A DNA stretch of 64,000 bases from Mayamaea pseudoterrestris (Eukaryota): NCBI GenBank assembly GCA_027923505.1, contig BROI01000001.1:2914001-2978000 (forward strand), written 5' to 3'. The notes below the pieces were generated by a model. It was not told the DNA's origin. It saw only the letters and a program-made list of their open reading frames with translations, and did not search any database. The position numbers were made by a program, and so were the translations under genes. This document shows positions 33,276 to 43,789 of this stretch, piece by piece; position 1 is the first letter of the stretch, and every line of letters begins with the position of its first letter.

Positions 33276-34931
33276 ATGAAAGATCTTGCATCAAACCAGG
33301 ACGGCGGCTATGGAAGCGCTCTCACAGAAGCGACCGTCTCAGAGCGTTTCGAAACACGACAATTTGCGAGCAACCACTCAGAAAACGAAATCAGTGTCAT
33401 GGCGGAGGCTCATCATATGTTTGCATCCATCCAGCGCGAGGGTTCTTTAGAGCAGGTTGAGGAAGATCTGGTGGTGGGTTTGCTTAATGACGGTGAGCGA
33501 CGAAACTTGAGTCGATTGGCTCGAGAAGATTCGTCGCAACAGCAATACCCTTTTTTCCATTTCATGTTCCGTCGCATGCGATTCCTGGGCGACTATCTTG
33601 CCTATTTGACGCTGCTCGCCATGCTTCTTATAATACCGGTTGTCATGTATCGGGCTATTGAGAAGCAAAAATTTGACTTGGCAGCCTTTCACAGCGCAGA
33701 AATCATGACGCTTGGTACTGTCATCCTGTCGGCGAGGCTGGTGTATCTGCATCTTACGCACTGGTACATGCCATTGGTGCAACGATACGTCGTCCGGATA
33801 CTTTGGATGGTTCCAATATATTCGGTGCAGTCATATTTGAGCTTGCGATTCCACGAATCAAGAACCTACATTGACTGCATCCGCGACTTGTATGAGGCTT
33901 ACGTAATCGCAAGCTTTGTGTACTACTTAATACAGCTCTTGGGTGGAGAAGAAGCCCTGGTGCAGATTTTGTTACGAAAATCGGATACGGATCTTGGCAA
34001 GCATCCATGGCCGCTCGATCAGGTCTTATATCCGTGGGAGCTCGGAGAGGAATACATGTTGCAGTGCAAACACGGAGTTCTACAATATGTGGTCTTTAAA
34101 ATTATGGCAACGGTTGTTACATTTGTTTTCGAGAGCATGGGTCTTTATCATGAGGGCAAGTTTGACTGGAAGACTGCCTACCCATATTTGTGCTTTTTTC
34201 AAAACCTATCAGTCGCCTACGCAATCTACTCTCTGGTTCGCTTGTATCGTGCAGTCAAGGAGGAGCTGGAATATCCTGTAAACTGGCATCCACTTGGCAA
34301 GTTCCTATGTATCAAGGGGGTCATTTTCTTTACATGGTGGCAGGGCGTCATTATATTCTACCTTCGCGCTCATGGAATCATTGAAGACATGGGAAACTGG
34401 ACGTCCGCTGAGGTGGCGTATGGACTCATTGACTACTGCATCGTCATTGAGATGGTGGGCTTTGCAATTGCTCATAGTTATACGTTTACCTACAAGGAAT
34501 ATCTACCTGAGAATATAGCGCAGCATACGGGCGAAGAGATTGATGCAGGGGAGGATCTAGACGATGCGGAAACGAGAAGGGACCCCTCGACTACGTGGGA
34601 CCGGGTGGGATATCATCCGCCAGCGACATTGTCGTCTCCTATGGATTTTAAGGATGCCTTTTGGAGCTCCGCTATGCCGCGGGACATGCGACAAGACATT
34701 CAACGACTCAGGCAAGAAGCCATGACTGCAGTTCGAACACGAAACCCTGTTAGTATCAGCATGGCGGAAATGATTGCGAAGGTTAGTGGCGAAGTTGATG
34801 TTGAAAGTGACGATGGAGAGGAGTTGGACGACTCCCAACCTGTCGAACAAAGTGTCGCTTGCCAGGAGATTGATATTCACAGTGAACAAGGGACAGTGCA
34901 ACTCGTCGAACCCGAGTCGACTTTCGTTTAG
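33276..34931 (+). CDS. TMEM184/organic solute transporter alpha family protein
   Basis: QRYVVRILWMVPIYS, RDLYEAYVIASF, CKHGVLQY, KFLCIKGVIFFTWWQ, IEMVGFAIAH. Start uncertain. Confidence 0.92.
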   Translation: MKDLASNQDGGYGSALTEATVSERFETRQFASNHSENEISVMAEAHHMFASIQREGSLEQVEEDLVVGLLNDGERRNLSRLAREDSSQQQYPFFHFMFRRMRFLGDYLAYLTLLAMLLIIPVVMYRAIEKQKFDLAAFHSAEIMTLGTVILSARLVYLHLTHWYMPLVQRYVVRILWMVPIYSVQSYLSLRFHESRTYIDCIRDLYEAYVIASFVYYLIQLLGGEEALVQILLRKSDTDLGKHPWPLDQVLYPWELGEEYMLQCKHGVLQYVVFKIMATVVTFVFESMGLYHEGKFDWKTAYPYLCFFQNLSVAYAIYSLVRLYRAVKEELEYPVNWHPLGKFLCIKGVIFFTWWQGVIIFYLRAHGIIEDMGNWTSAEVAYGLIDYCIVIEMVGFAIAHSYTFTYKEYLPENIAQHTGEEIDAGEDLDDAETRRDPSTTWDRVGYHPPATLSSPMDFKDAFWSSAMPRDMRQDIQRLRQEAMTAVRTRNPVSISMAEMIAKVSGEVDVESDDGEELDDSQPVEQSVACQEIDIHSEQGTVQLVEPESTFV

Positions 34932-35582
34932 CGATTGTAATCGCCATCGTGATGAGCATCATGGGTATACCAGTCGCACTGGAACGATCGCGCGAGATTG
35001 AAAACGGGTGCACAGAGCGTGGGTGGTTGGAATGCAGGTTTCATTGCCGAAGTGATTATACTACATCATTCGGCCGCTAACCGATACCATGCGTTTGACG
35101 CTTTCCAAGAGCATGAGACGCCAGTCCTTATGAATAAGTATGCACATGATTACGCTGGCTTTTTTAAAGTGTGTTTGCGTCTGTTACGGTACACTCTGCC
35201 AACTTGTTACCTAGCAATGAAAGCATGTCATCCACCATCCGCTCTAGCGCTCCGTACCTCCTACTGTACCGTAATGACTGCGAGTGGTTGCATCTCCAAA
35301 TACCGGTACCGACTTAGTTAATGCAGAAGCCGTAATAAAACATGCTAGGCATCCAAGCATTAGGTTGAAATGGTAGCTGTTGTCGGTTATACTAATGTTG
35401 TCGGTTAGGAAACGGACTCAAATTTTCGAAAGAAAATTCGAGTGCCCGTCAGACACCAGGTCACACATCGCGCATCGTCCTCGTTCCAACGCCTTTCCAC
35501 TTTTTACTTTCGGCGCTCGCTGGCAGCATAAGCGCTCACCTCTTTGTATTGCTTGTGCCAAGCTCAACATTGATACTTCCAT

Positions 35583-36213
35583 ATGACTTTTGTGCAATGG
35601 ATGAAAAGACGTCGTGCTGCTATCGTCGAAGCATCGACGAATAATTCCAACCACGACGGCAAGAATTCGCCACGTCGTCGTTGCAGATTATTGAATCGAA
35701 CGGAAAGTATCGCATTAGATGAAACGCTGTCTTTGTCAACGACAACTGACGACGCTCAATGGCGAATAGGTGAGTGAAATGGGCTGATTAACAACATGGA
35801 CGCTTATTAAATTCTCAGTGTGTTGTTGTTTTTTTTCTACAGAGAACCTTTTACCCACTGGAGCGCCTCGATCGTCAGATTGGTGGGTGGAATTGACAGA
35901 AATGGAGAGGGACCAAGAGGAAGAAGCAAACGGTTTCAATGAAGGCGATGGTGATCAAGTTGGTCCCCAATTTCGCAACTGTGGGCTTGATATATGGAAC
36001 CAAGGCCGATCGGCATGGAGAGGCCATGACGAGGACCCTGTTACGGCAGATGGTCCTTCATTACTCTCGTCGTCAAAGCCCTATCTATCCATATCACAGA
36101 GGAGGGAACTTATGAGAGGCCTTGCCACTGGGCGAACTTACCAAATGAGACAGAGCGTCAGCCTGAAGGAAATTGTGCAAACATACAATATAATTTGGAA
36201 CGACGATCTATAG
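35583..36213 (+). CDS. Gag1-like clamp (DUF4050) domain protein; intron 35770-35842
   Basis: GTGAGT..CAG intron in phase. FRNCGLDIWNQGRSAW ... VSLKEIVQTYNIIW. Confidence 0.7.
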
Positions 36214-36287
36214 TAGCAGCCCTGATTTGATGGCAGTTTGCATAACATTACGCCTTAATCGTTCATATACATACACTCTGTATCTAT

Positions 36288-36939
36288 CTAGTGAGATTCG
36301 CGTATGTTCAAACCCACAACTCCAACAATAATGAGCGCAATGCACAGTAGCTTGACAGCGTCGTACGATTCTCCAAAGAAAAGCACACCAGCAGTGCTAA
36401 CAAGCACAGTGCCTAGAGCGGACCACAAGGCGTATGCTACACTGACGTCAATCTGTGATAATCCCACGTTGAAGCCTGCCACGCTTCATGGGAGACAACA
36501 GAATGATATAGTGAGATGAAAGGATAATTGAGGTGCAAGTCTCTTCGTAGTTGGCAACGTACCAAATGAGAAAGAGTATGCAGGATCCTGCAAACAACTG
36601 AGCGGATTGTGTATCAGATGCTCGTTTATTGAGTGTCGTCGCAGCTGCTTCGATCATGATGCTTACGACGAGCAATGCCCAGCACCTTGACTTGGAAGCT
36701 TTAATGTACGAAATCAAACCTCCACCTCGCATCGATAGATTTGTTCTGATAGTAGGCGAGCTTTGAGATAAGAATAATGATGTTTTGTAGGCTTCTGTTT
36801 CTTCGCCGTTTTGTATTACAGAGAGTGGACGTCTTTGTAATGACAAGGGAGACATCCTCTCATGCGATTCCGACATCGTCAGGAAGCAGAGCAAAAGCAG
36901 CCTCCTGACGCGTTTGCAATGATTTAGCGACTCGATCAT
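36288..36939 (-). CDS. Small multidrug resistance (SMR; EmrE/QacE-like) transporter with an N-terminal extension; intron 36562-36484
   Basis: WALLVVSIMIEAAAT (Glu14 equivalent), IDVSVAYALWSALG, FFGES..KLLCIALIIVGVVGLN. Start uncertain. Confidence 0.88.
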
Positions 36940-37424
36940 GCTATACTACCGGTATATAGTTACAAGCGTTAAGTCTTGTTGCTAAGTGCGGCCGGCCGTC
37001 AATCAAAATATGGGCGACGATCATGGTGGTGTTGTTCCTTGAACGCGCGTGACAGGTGAGAGAGTGGAGGGAATTTTAGTCGTGGTGTGACACGAAAGGC
37101 TGGCGCGCAACGCAGCCAATGCCAAGCGTCCGTGCTTTCGTCACCATGGAGGCTGACCCTGTGCTTGAACCATTTCAAATTGCCGAAGACAAGGTTTATT
37201 ATAATAAGCCTTTAGGCAACGGCTGTACTCTTTCTTGCAACGCTAGAAATTTCTCTGGTCGAACGAATCTGGCCTGATTGACGTCGCTTAACATCTTCAT
37301 TCGTACCTGCAGCCAAGGAAAGAAGGCCAATTAGCGCAAAGTGCACGACTGAAGCAATCTACGCCTGCATTCAATCCACATACACCAGCTACCGATACAT
37401 CGTTTTTTCATATTACTAAAAATT

Positions 37425-40400
37425 ATGCAGGCCGCCGATGACTCCATGGATGTGGATGATGGTTGCGAGGAGTACTATGACACGACGCAATTTCCGACCG
37501 ACGACGCTGCAGCAGCATTGACCATCCAGCTTAACAATTCCTTTGATGCATCAATGTTAAATAAACCCGAGTCGGAACAGAAGACACCAATGATCCGTCA
37601 GGTCGCGTCTTGGGATGCATCTAGGACCAGTCAGCAAGAATTGCCGTCGTCATATTCGGCCAAGAAGTTGGCGTCACGCCGTCCTCCAACCACAGTGATC
37701 AATACGAAGCTCACGCCTGCTTCTGTTAAACGACAGCGCACTGTACAGAGAAAGTCTCCAAGACACCGTAGCGACACTTTATTTTCGGATCAAGATCAAT
37801 GTGAAGAAGATTTAATCGTTCCGAAGAAGCGCGCTCCCAAGGACTCGCTCGGAACTCACACGACGGCAGCAAGTTCGACGCTTCTCGACGAAACGCTTGA
37901 TAGCGCAGATGATTCGTCATTGGCGACTGGCGCTGCATCAGCAGGGGCGCCTTTTCGATTCACGTCTTTCCCGGCGTCTCTTCCGCGGCTGTCGCAGCCA
38001 AGCAATGAGCAGTCGGCTCGCAAACGCATGTCTTTTGGCGGTTTATCGTTTCTCAACCAGCAGCCGCAGCATCTTTCTTCGTCTGCCGCTGATGAGTTCA
38101 CGAATAATACAAGCCTTTCAAGTGTTGGATACGAATCTGATCATTCGAATCAGCATGAGAGGCTTGGTGAGGAGGAAGACTCGAATTCCAGCTCCCTCCT
38201 TGGTACACCAGTCCTCAGAACGCGACTCAACTTCAACGCACTCCTCAGTCCACAATTCGCTCAAGGAAATGTAGCTGCAAAAGGACAGCATCAGCAGCTT
38301 TTAATGAAGGAATCACGCCATTGTAAAGGTACGAAGGTTTTAATTTGTCCGACTTCTTCCTTCATTAATGTATGTTTCCACTAAGATTAATCATATAATT
38401 CCGACACTTGGAGTACAGATCCGCTCCCGCCACTCATGGACGGCAGTGACAAGCAATACGAGAGCAACCGGGCAAGCATTTTTGCACGAACATTTCCTTT
38501 TCTCGCAAGCGCAAGCTCTAATCCCAATGAACGTCAACTCACCGCCGAGGAACAAGTCTGTAACTTTTCTAGTGCAAAGACTCCTTCTCGAGTGAGCAGC
38601 GACTCTCACTTTCGTTTAGAGAGTCGCCAACCAGGTACTCTTCGCGATGTTCAGTTGCATTTCCAGTTGGATGCAGCTCAGTGCAGTCCAATACCCGGCA
38701 TTCCCGAAGAAGATGGAGACTTGAGTAGGTCGCGCAATGACACCTCGCATGAATCATCGTCAACGTGGAAAAAGAGCGCACGGCCAATGCCAGACATGCA
38801 TGCTTTTGATACGGACGCCAATGCGTCACGAGATCACTCAACAGACGGTACACTGAGTTCGAATAACAGTCGAAGTAAGCAGCCTACTCTGCTTTGTCCG
38901 CCCACACCCGTCCGAACTCCAGCTTGGGCTCAGGAAGACGCCACTGCACGACCTGTGATTAAGAATGGTGGCCATATCAAGTTTGGCCGGACTAACAGCT
39001 TAGTTACGACAAAGGTTTTGGCAATGTGTGAGCCGCAAGTGTTGATTGGGCGGGCCTCGCTCGAAAACTCGTCAACTGTAATGGATGGCCAACGTCGGGA
39101 TATTCTTGCTCCGCCCATTGAACCAACTCATTCTGAAGACTCGGAGACGAAAACCATTGAGGGAGACAAGGATTGCTCCATGGAATATGATGAAAACGAA
39201 TGGTTACACGATGGGTCGTTACATGAAACGCGTTTGTCGATTGGTTCTCCGCCGGTGGTGCAGCAAACAAAGCGTCGGTCAGTTTTTCCACCGGAAAACT
39301 TGCCACCTGTTGTATCATTGGCGACCCACTTTGACGTGCAATCAACATTGGGAAGTGGAGCATTTGCCGACGTATATCGAGTCAGGTCAAAAGTGGACGG
39401 ATGCTTGTACGCAGTGAAACGAAACCGTCGACATTTTCGTGGGCGGCGTGATCGCGAGCGAGCATTGGCCGAAGTCAAGTGGATGCAGCGATTGCAAACA
39501 CCAGGTTTGCGGGAGGATGCGTCCAACATCGACTTTAGTCAATACATTTTATTCTTTTTTCAAGCGTGGCAAGAAGACTGTCACTTTTATGTTCAAACTG
39601 AGCTCTGTTGCAGGGATACCCTTGCGGATATTACCAACTCTCTTCGTTCGCAGTGGACGTTGGCAGAATCCAGATACCCCAGTCTTCGACGACTTGCTCC
39701 GCCTTCCAGCACTTCTGGCATGTCGCACGATTTTGAACTCTCGGATCTCGACGGTCGGTTGTTCCCGGAGAGCACCATTTGGAAGATTTGCCACGACGTC
39801 GGAGCAGGACTATCCCACATCCATTCGCATTCTCTCGTTCATTTTGACATCAAGCCATCTAACATTTTTTTGCTTGCTCATGGAAGACTCGGGGCCATTG
39901 CGAAGATTGGTGATTTTGGAATGGCTGGCGACATTGGTTCATCGGAAGACGGCCAGGAAGGAGATCAAAAGTACATGGCTGGCGAGGTTTTGGTTTCGGA
40001 TCGAAAGCATCCGAGTGCGGATATATTCAGTTTGGGTGTAATGATATATGAACTATCGGCCTTTCCGAGTTTCATACTTCCTGATGAAGGTTCTCGATGG
40101 CGCGATCTTCGCAGCGGCACTCTCAATCCTGGCGACATTCCTTCTTGCAGAAGCAAAGACCTAAAGATGCTATTAAAGTCGACACTGCAGTCTAATAAGG
40201 ATGATCGTCCGTCGGCGGACTCGATGTTGGCGCTCGAGCCAGTCTCTGCAGCTGGCAGTTCGTGTGATTACTTTTTACGAGATTACATTTACGACATTGA
40301 AGAATTTGACCGACAAGAGGAGGAACGTTTCTTTTACCGCCAAGAGGACAAAACACCTCGTACCCAGAAGCCTCAATTTCGGGCGTGTAGCCCATCTTTG

Positions 40401-40454
40401 AACTTCGTTCGCGACAATTTGATAACTTCGCCAGAAGCGGCAGCTCAAACATAG
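37425..40454 (+). CDS. WEE1: Wee1/Myt1-family protein kinase; intron 38329-38418
   Basis: LGSGAFADVY, YAVKR, HFDIKPSNIF, KIGDFG, and the Wee1-type EGDQKY. Long Ser/Thr-Pro regulatory N-terminus with CPPTPVRTP. Confidence 0.9.
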
Positions 40455-40814
40455 AGCGTTCTCACATAAATACATGATAATAAAATGTTGGCAGCGTCTT
40501 CTGCCGTAGAATTGCGCACTCGCGTCTGATACATATTACTGCATGCGAATTTGCGAAGGTGGCCATGGTTTCACTTAGATGCAACATTTGGTCCGCCACG
40601 ACAAACTGGCCAACGACTCATTTAATTGCCACACTATGAGTCGGATGAACTAGATACTACAAGTACAGGGATCAGAAGAAGCAGCAAAAATTGTAGGTGC
40701 AAATAGTACGCATACTGCTTTAATTGTTTTTGTTAAGCCGATGCAGCGCTAGCAGCTGATCAAGGTTGTTCATTGCGAAAGACACAGGACTTTTGTAACA
40801 CTATGCATAACCTG

Positions 40815-41351
40815 CTAGACCACCTCATGATCTGGAATTCCCTTGTCGTTGATCGTGTGCCATTCTCCATCTTTAGCTTTCAACAGTGTCAGTATAATCT
40901 TATCTTCCTTTACACGAAAAGAGACAGTGGTAATTTCGCCTGCCAACTTGGCAAAACTGAGAATCTGGGGTTCGTCAGGCTTGTAATTCTTCACTGTCAA
41001 GCACAAGGATGAGTCTGTAAAGTCCAACTCGATGTCACTGTCTGTGCATTTTTCGCCGACCCCTTGCAACATAATGTAGAGCTTCACTTTTTTGCCACCG
41101 TCAAGAAAGGCGTAGGATGTAATGTTACTCTTCGAGTATTCAAAAGACGACCTGGCAGTCACTCGATGTCCAACATGAGACTCGGATCGCGAAAGTAGTC
41201 GAGGCTCTTCCTTGCCGTCCCATTCGGGTCCAGTCGGCTTGTTGGCATGGGCAAAGTAGTAGGCGTTGGAGCCTTTGGCTAAAATGTTTTCCTCGAGCGC
41301 CGACTGTTTGATGGCGGACACTGTTTCTCCTTGCTGTTCCTCGGCCGCCAT
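40815..41351 (-). CDS. CS (p23/SGT1/calcyclin-binding-like) domain protein
   Basis: ITSYAFLDGGKKVKLYI..DFTDSSLCLTV..FRVKEDKIILTLLK..W. Confidence 0.75.
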   Translation of the reverse strand: MAAEEQQGETVSAIKQSALEENILAKGSNAYYFAHANKPTGPEWDGKEEPRLLSRSESHVGHRVTARSSFEYSKSNITSYAFLDGGKKVKLYIMLQGVGEKCTDSDIELDFTDSSLCLTVKNYKPDEPQILSFAKLAGEITTVSFRVKEDKIILTLLKAKDGEWHTINDKGIPDHEVV

Positions 41352-41704
41352 GAGTGAAACGACAAGAAGTTACTTTTATTTGGTTGAGTGAGAACCGCTA
41401 ACGCTTGTTACCTTTCGCTTTTTCGGTACTATGGTTTGCCAGCTGGAAGGTGGTGCGTCCACAATTTCGAGAGGCGCGCCATTGTCGCGGTCATCCCACT
41501 TCAAATGCATGTCGCACCACTTCTCGAAGTGAAGGCCAGACGAAGCCTGACCTGCACCGCACAACGATACGCCTCATCAATTCGATGATCCGTTTCCAAA
41601 CACGCACATCGAACTCATCGTTTCTAGTCTACGGTCGTCATCAACTTAAAACGAGCTGTACAAACATAATATAGAGAAAGAATAAGCTACTTTTCTAGTG
41701 CAGC

Positions 41705-43522
41705 ATGACGCTTACCGTTTCCTTGCTCGACTATGGCGCCGGCAATGTGCGATCCGTCCGCAACGCAATTCTTTCACAGGGAGTCAACTTGATCGACATT
41801 ACCGAGCCTTCGCAAATTCTGCAAGCTGATGCTATCATTTTCCCTGGAGTTGGAAGTTTTGGATCCGCCATGCGCGTGCTAAAAGACAAGGGCTTTGATG
41901 GTCCGCTGAGAGAATACTTGAAGGATCACAAGCGACCCTTTCTTGGCATCTGTCTCGGCATGCAAACACTCTTTGAGTCTTCTGATGAACAATACGAAGA
42001 CGGCCCTGATACAGATACTGCCATTCCTGGACTGGGTGTCATTCCTGGCAAGGTTGTTCGATTCGACTCAACCAAAATGGTGGTTCCACACATGGGATGG
42101 AACGGTCGGATTTTGCACCAATCTAGTCCAGTCATGCAGCACGTCGACAAGGATGACCAAACTTACTTTGTGCACTCTTACTATGCTCCCATTACTGAAC
42201 AAAATAAGGAATGGGTCTTGGCGAGCACAACTTACGGTGGACAAGAGTTTATCAGTGCCGTGCAGCGAGGTGCGGTGGTGGCGACACAGTTTCATCCGGA
42301 AAAGAGTGGATCAACTGGCCTGCGAGTCCTGCAGGGGTTTTTGGAGGTGAGTTTATGGTCGTGGCTTTTTGGAAACGAGGAAAAATTGAGTCTACGGTGC
42401 GACTACTCTATCTGCCATTATGCTGCAACATGTCAAGCTCATTCATCTGCTTTTGTGAAATAATAGGCTGTCGAAAATGGCACATTGGAGACAACGACTC
42501 AATTAAAAGTTGATCCATCCGCAGAGACGCAACTTGTCAAACGTATAGTTGTCGCTCTCGACGTTCGGACCAACGATCATGGCGACTTGGTCGTTACCAA
42601 GGGTGATCAGTACGATGTTCGCGAGAACCACAAGGAGGGTGTGCAAGAGGGTAGTCGCGGGGGCGTTCGAAATTTGGGCAAACCAGTTGGACTGGCGCGT
42701 CGGTACTATGAAGAAGGTGCGGATGAAATTGCGTTTTTAAACATTACCAGCTTTCGACAAGGCGTCGTCGAGGATATGCCCATGCTTCGCGTCTTGGAAG
42801 AAGCATCCCAAAACATTTTTGTTCCGCTGACGGTCGGTGGAGGCATTCGCGACTATACAGATGATGCTACAGGGCAAACATGGTCCGCTTTGGAGGTGGC
42901 TGCCGAATATTTTCGAGCTGGTGCCGACAAGGTGAGCCTAGGCAGCGATGCGGTCCATGCATCGGAAGCGTTCATCGCGTCAGGAAAAGTCAAGACTGGA
43001 AAAACGTCCATTGAAATGATCTCGCGAGTGTACGGTGCTCAGGCTGTAGTTATTTCTATTGACCCGAAGCGCGTTTATGTAAAATCGATGGATGATGTCA
43101 AAAATGAAAAGCACGTTGTCGTGGAACTGGAGAAGGACGAAGCGGGTCCGGATGGCGAGCGACTATGCTGGTACCAATGCACCGTGAAAGGTGGCAGAGA
43201 AGCGCGAGATATATGTGCCGTCACAGTGGCCAAAGCATCTGAAATGCTGGGTGCTGGAGAAATAATGCTAAATTGTATAGATATGGATGGGCAATGCAAA
43301 GGATACGACATTGCTTTGATGCGCGCTATTTCGGATGCTGTGACTATTCCTGTCATTGCCAGCAGTGGTGCAGGGCTACCAGAACATTTCTCACAAGTGT
43401 TCGAACGTACACGAGTTGAGGCTGCCTTAGCTGCTGGCATGTTTCATCGCAAAGAGGTTGAGATAGAAGCTGTAAAGGACCACATGCGGTCATGCGGCTT
43501 GCCGACACGTAAATATTCATGA
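41705..43522 (+). CDS. HIS7: Bifunctional imidazole glycerol phosphate synthase HisH-HisF; intron 42347-42466
   Basis: DYGAGN, PGVG, GICLGMQ, QFHPEKS in the glutaminase part. [34 protein letters not shown] in the cyclase part. Confidence 0.97.
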
Positions 43523-43789
43523 TCATAATTCTTTGCTACCAGTACTTTCTTCTATAATAACAGATATCTCTGCCCCTACTTTATGCTTTTGATTTTTTTT
43601 AACTTGACTGCGTCAGGCCTTTTCAATCCGAATGTATCATCCGATGTTTCTTGGCGAGCACATCTATAACGTCTGTGGCACACCTTAATAAATTAAGCAT
43701 TAAAGCTCATGATAAAACAAGACTTGATCTAATAAAATGGTTTTCTAGCAGCAAAAATTTCTATTCAGCGTCCACCACACTAAGCGAGC

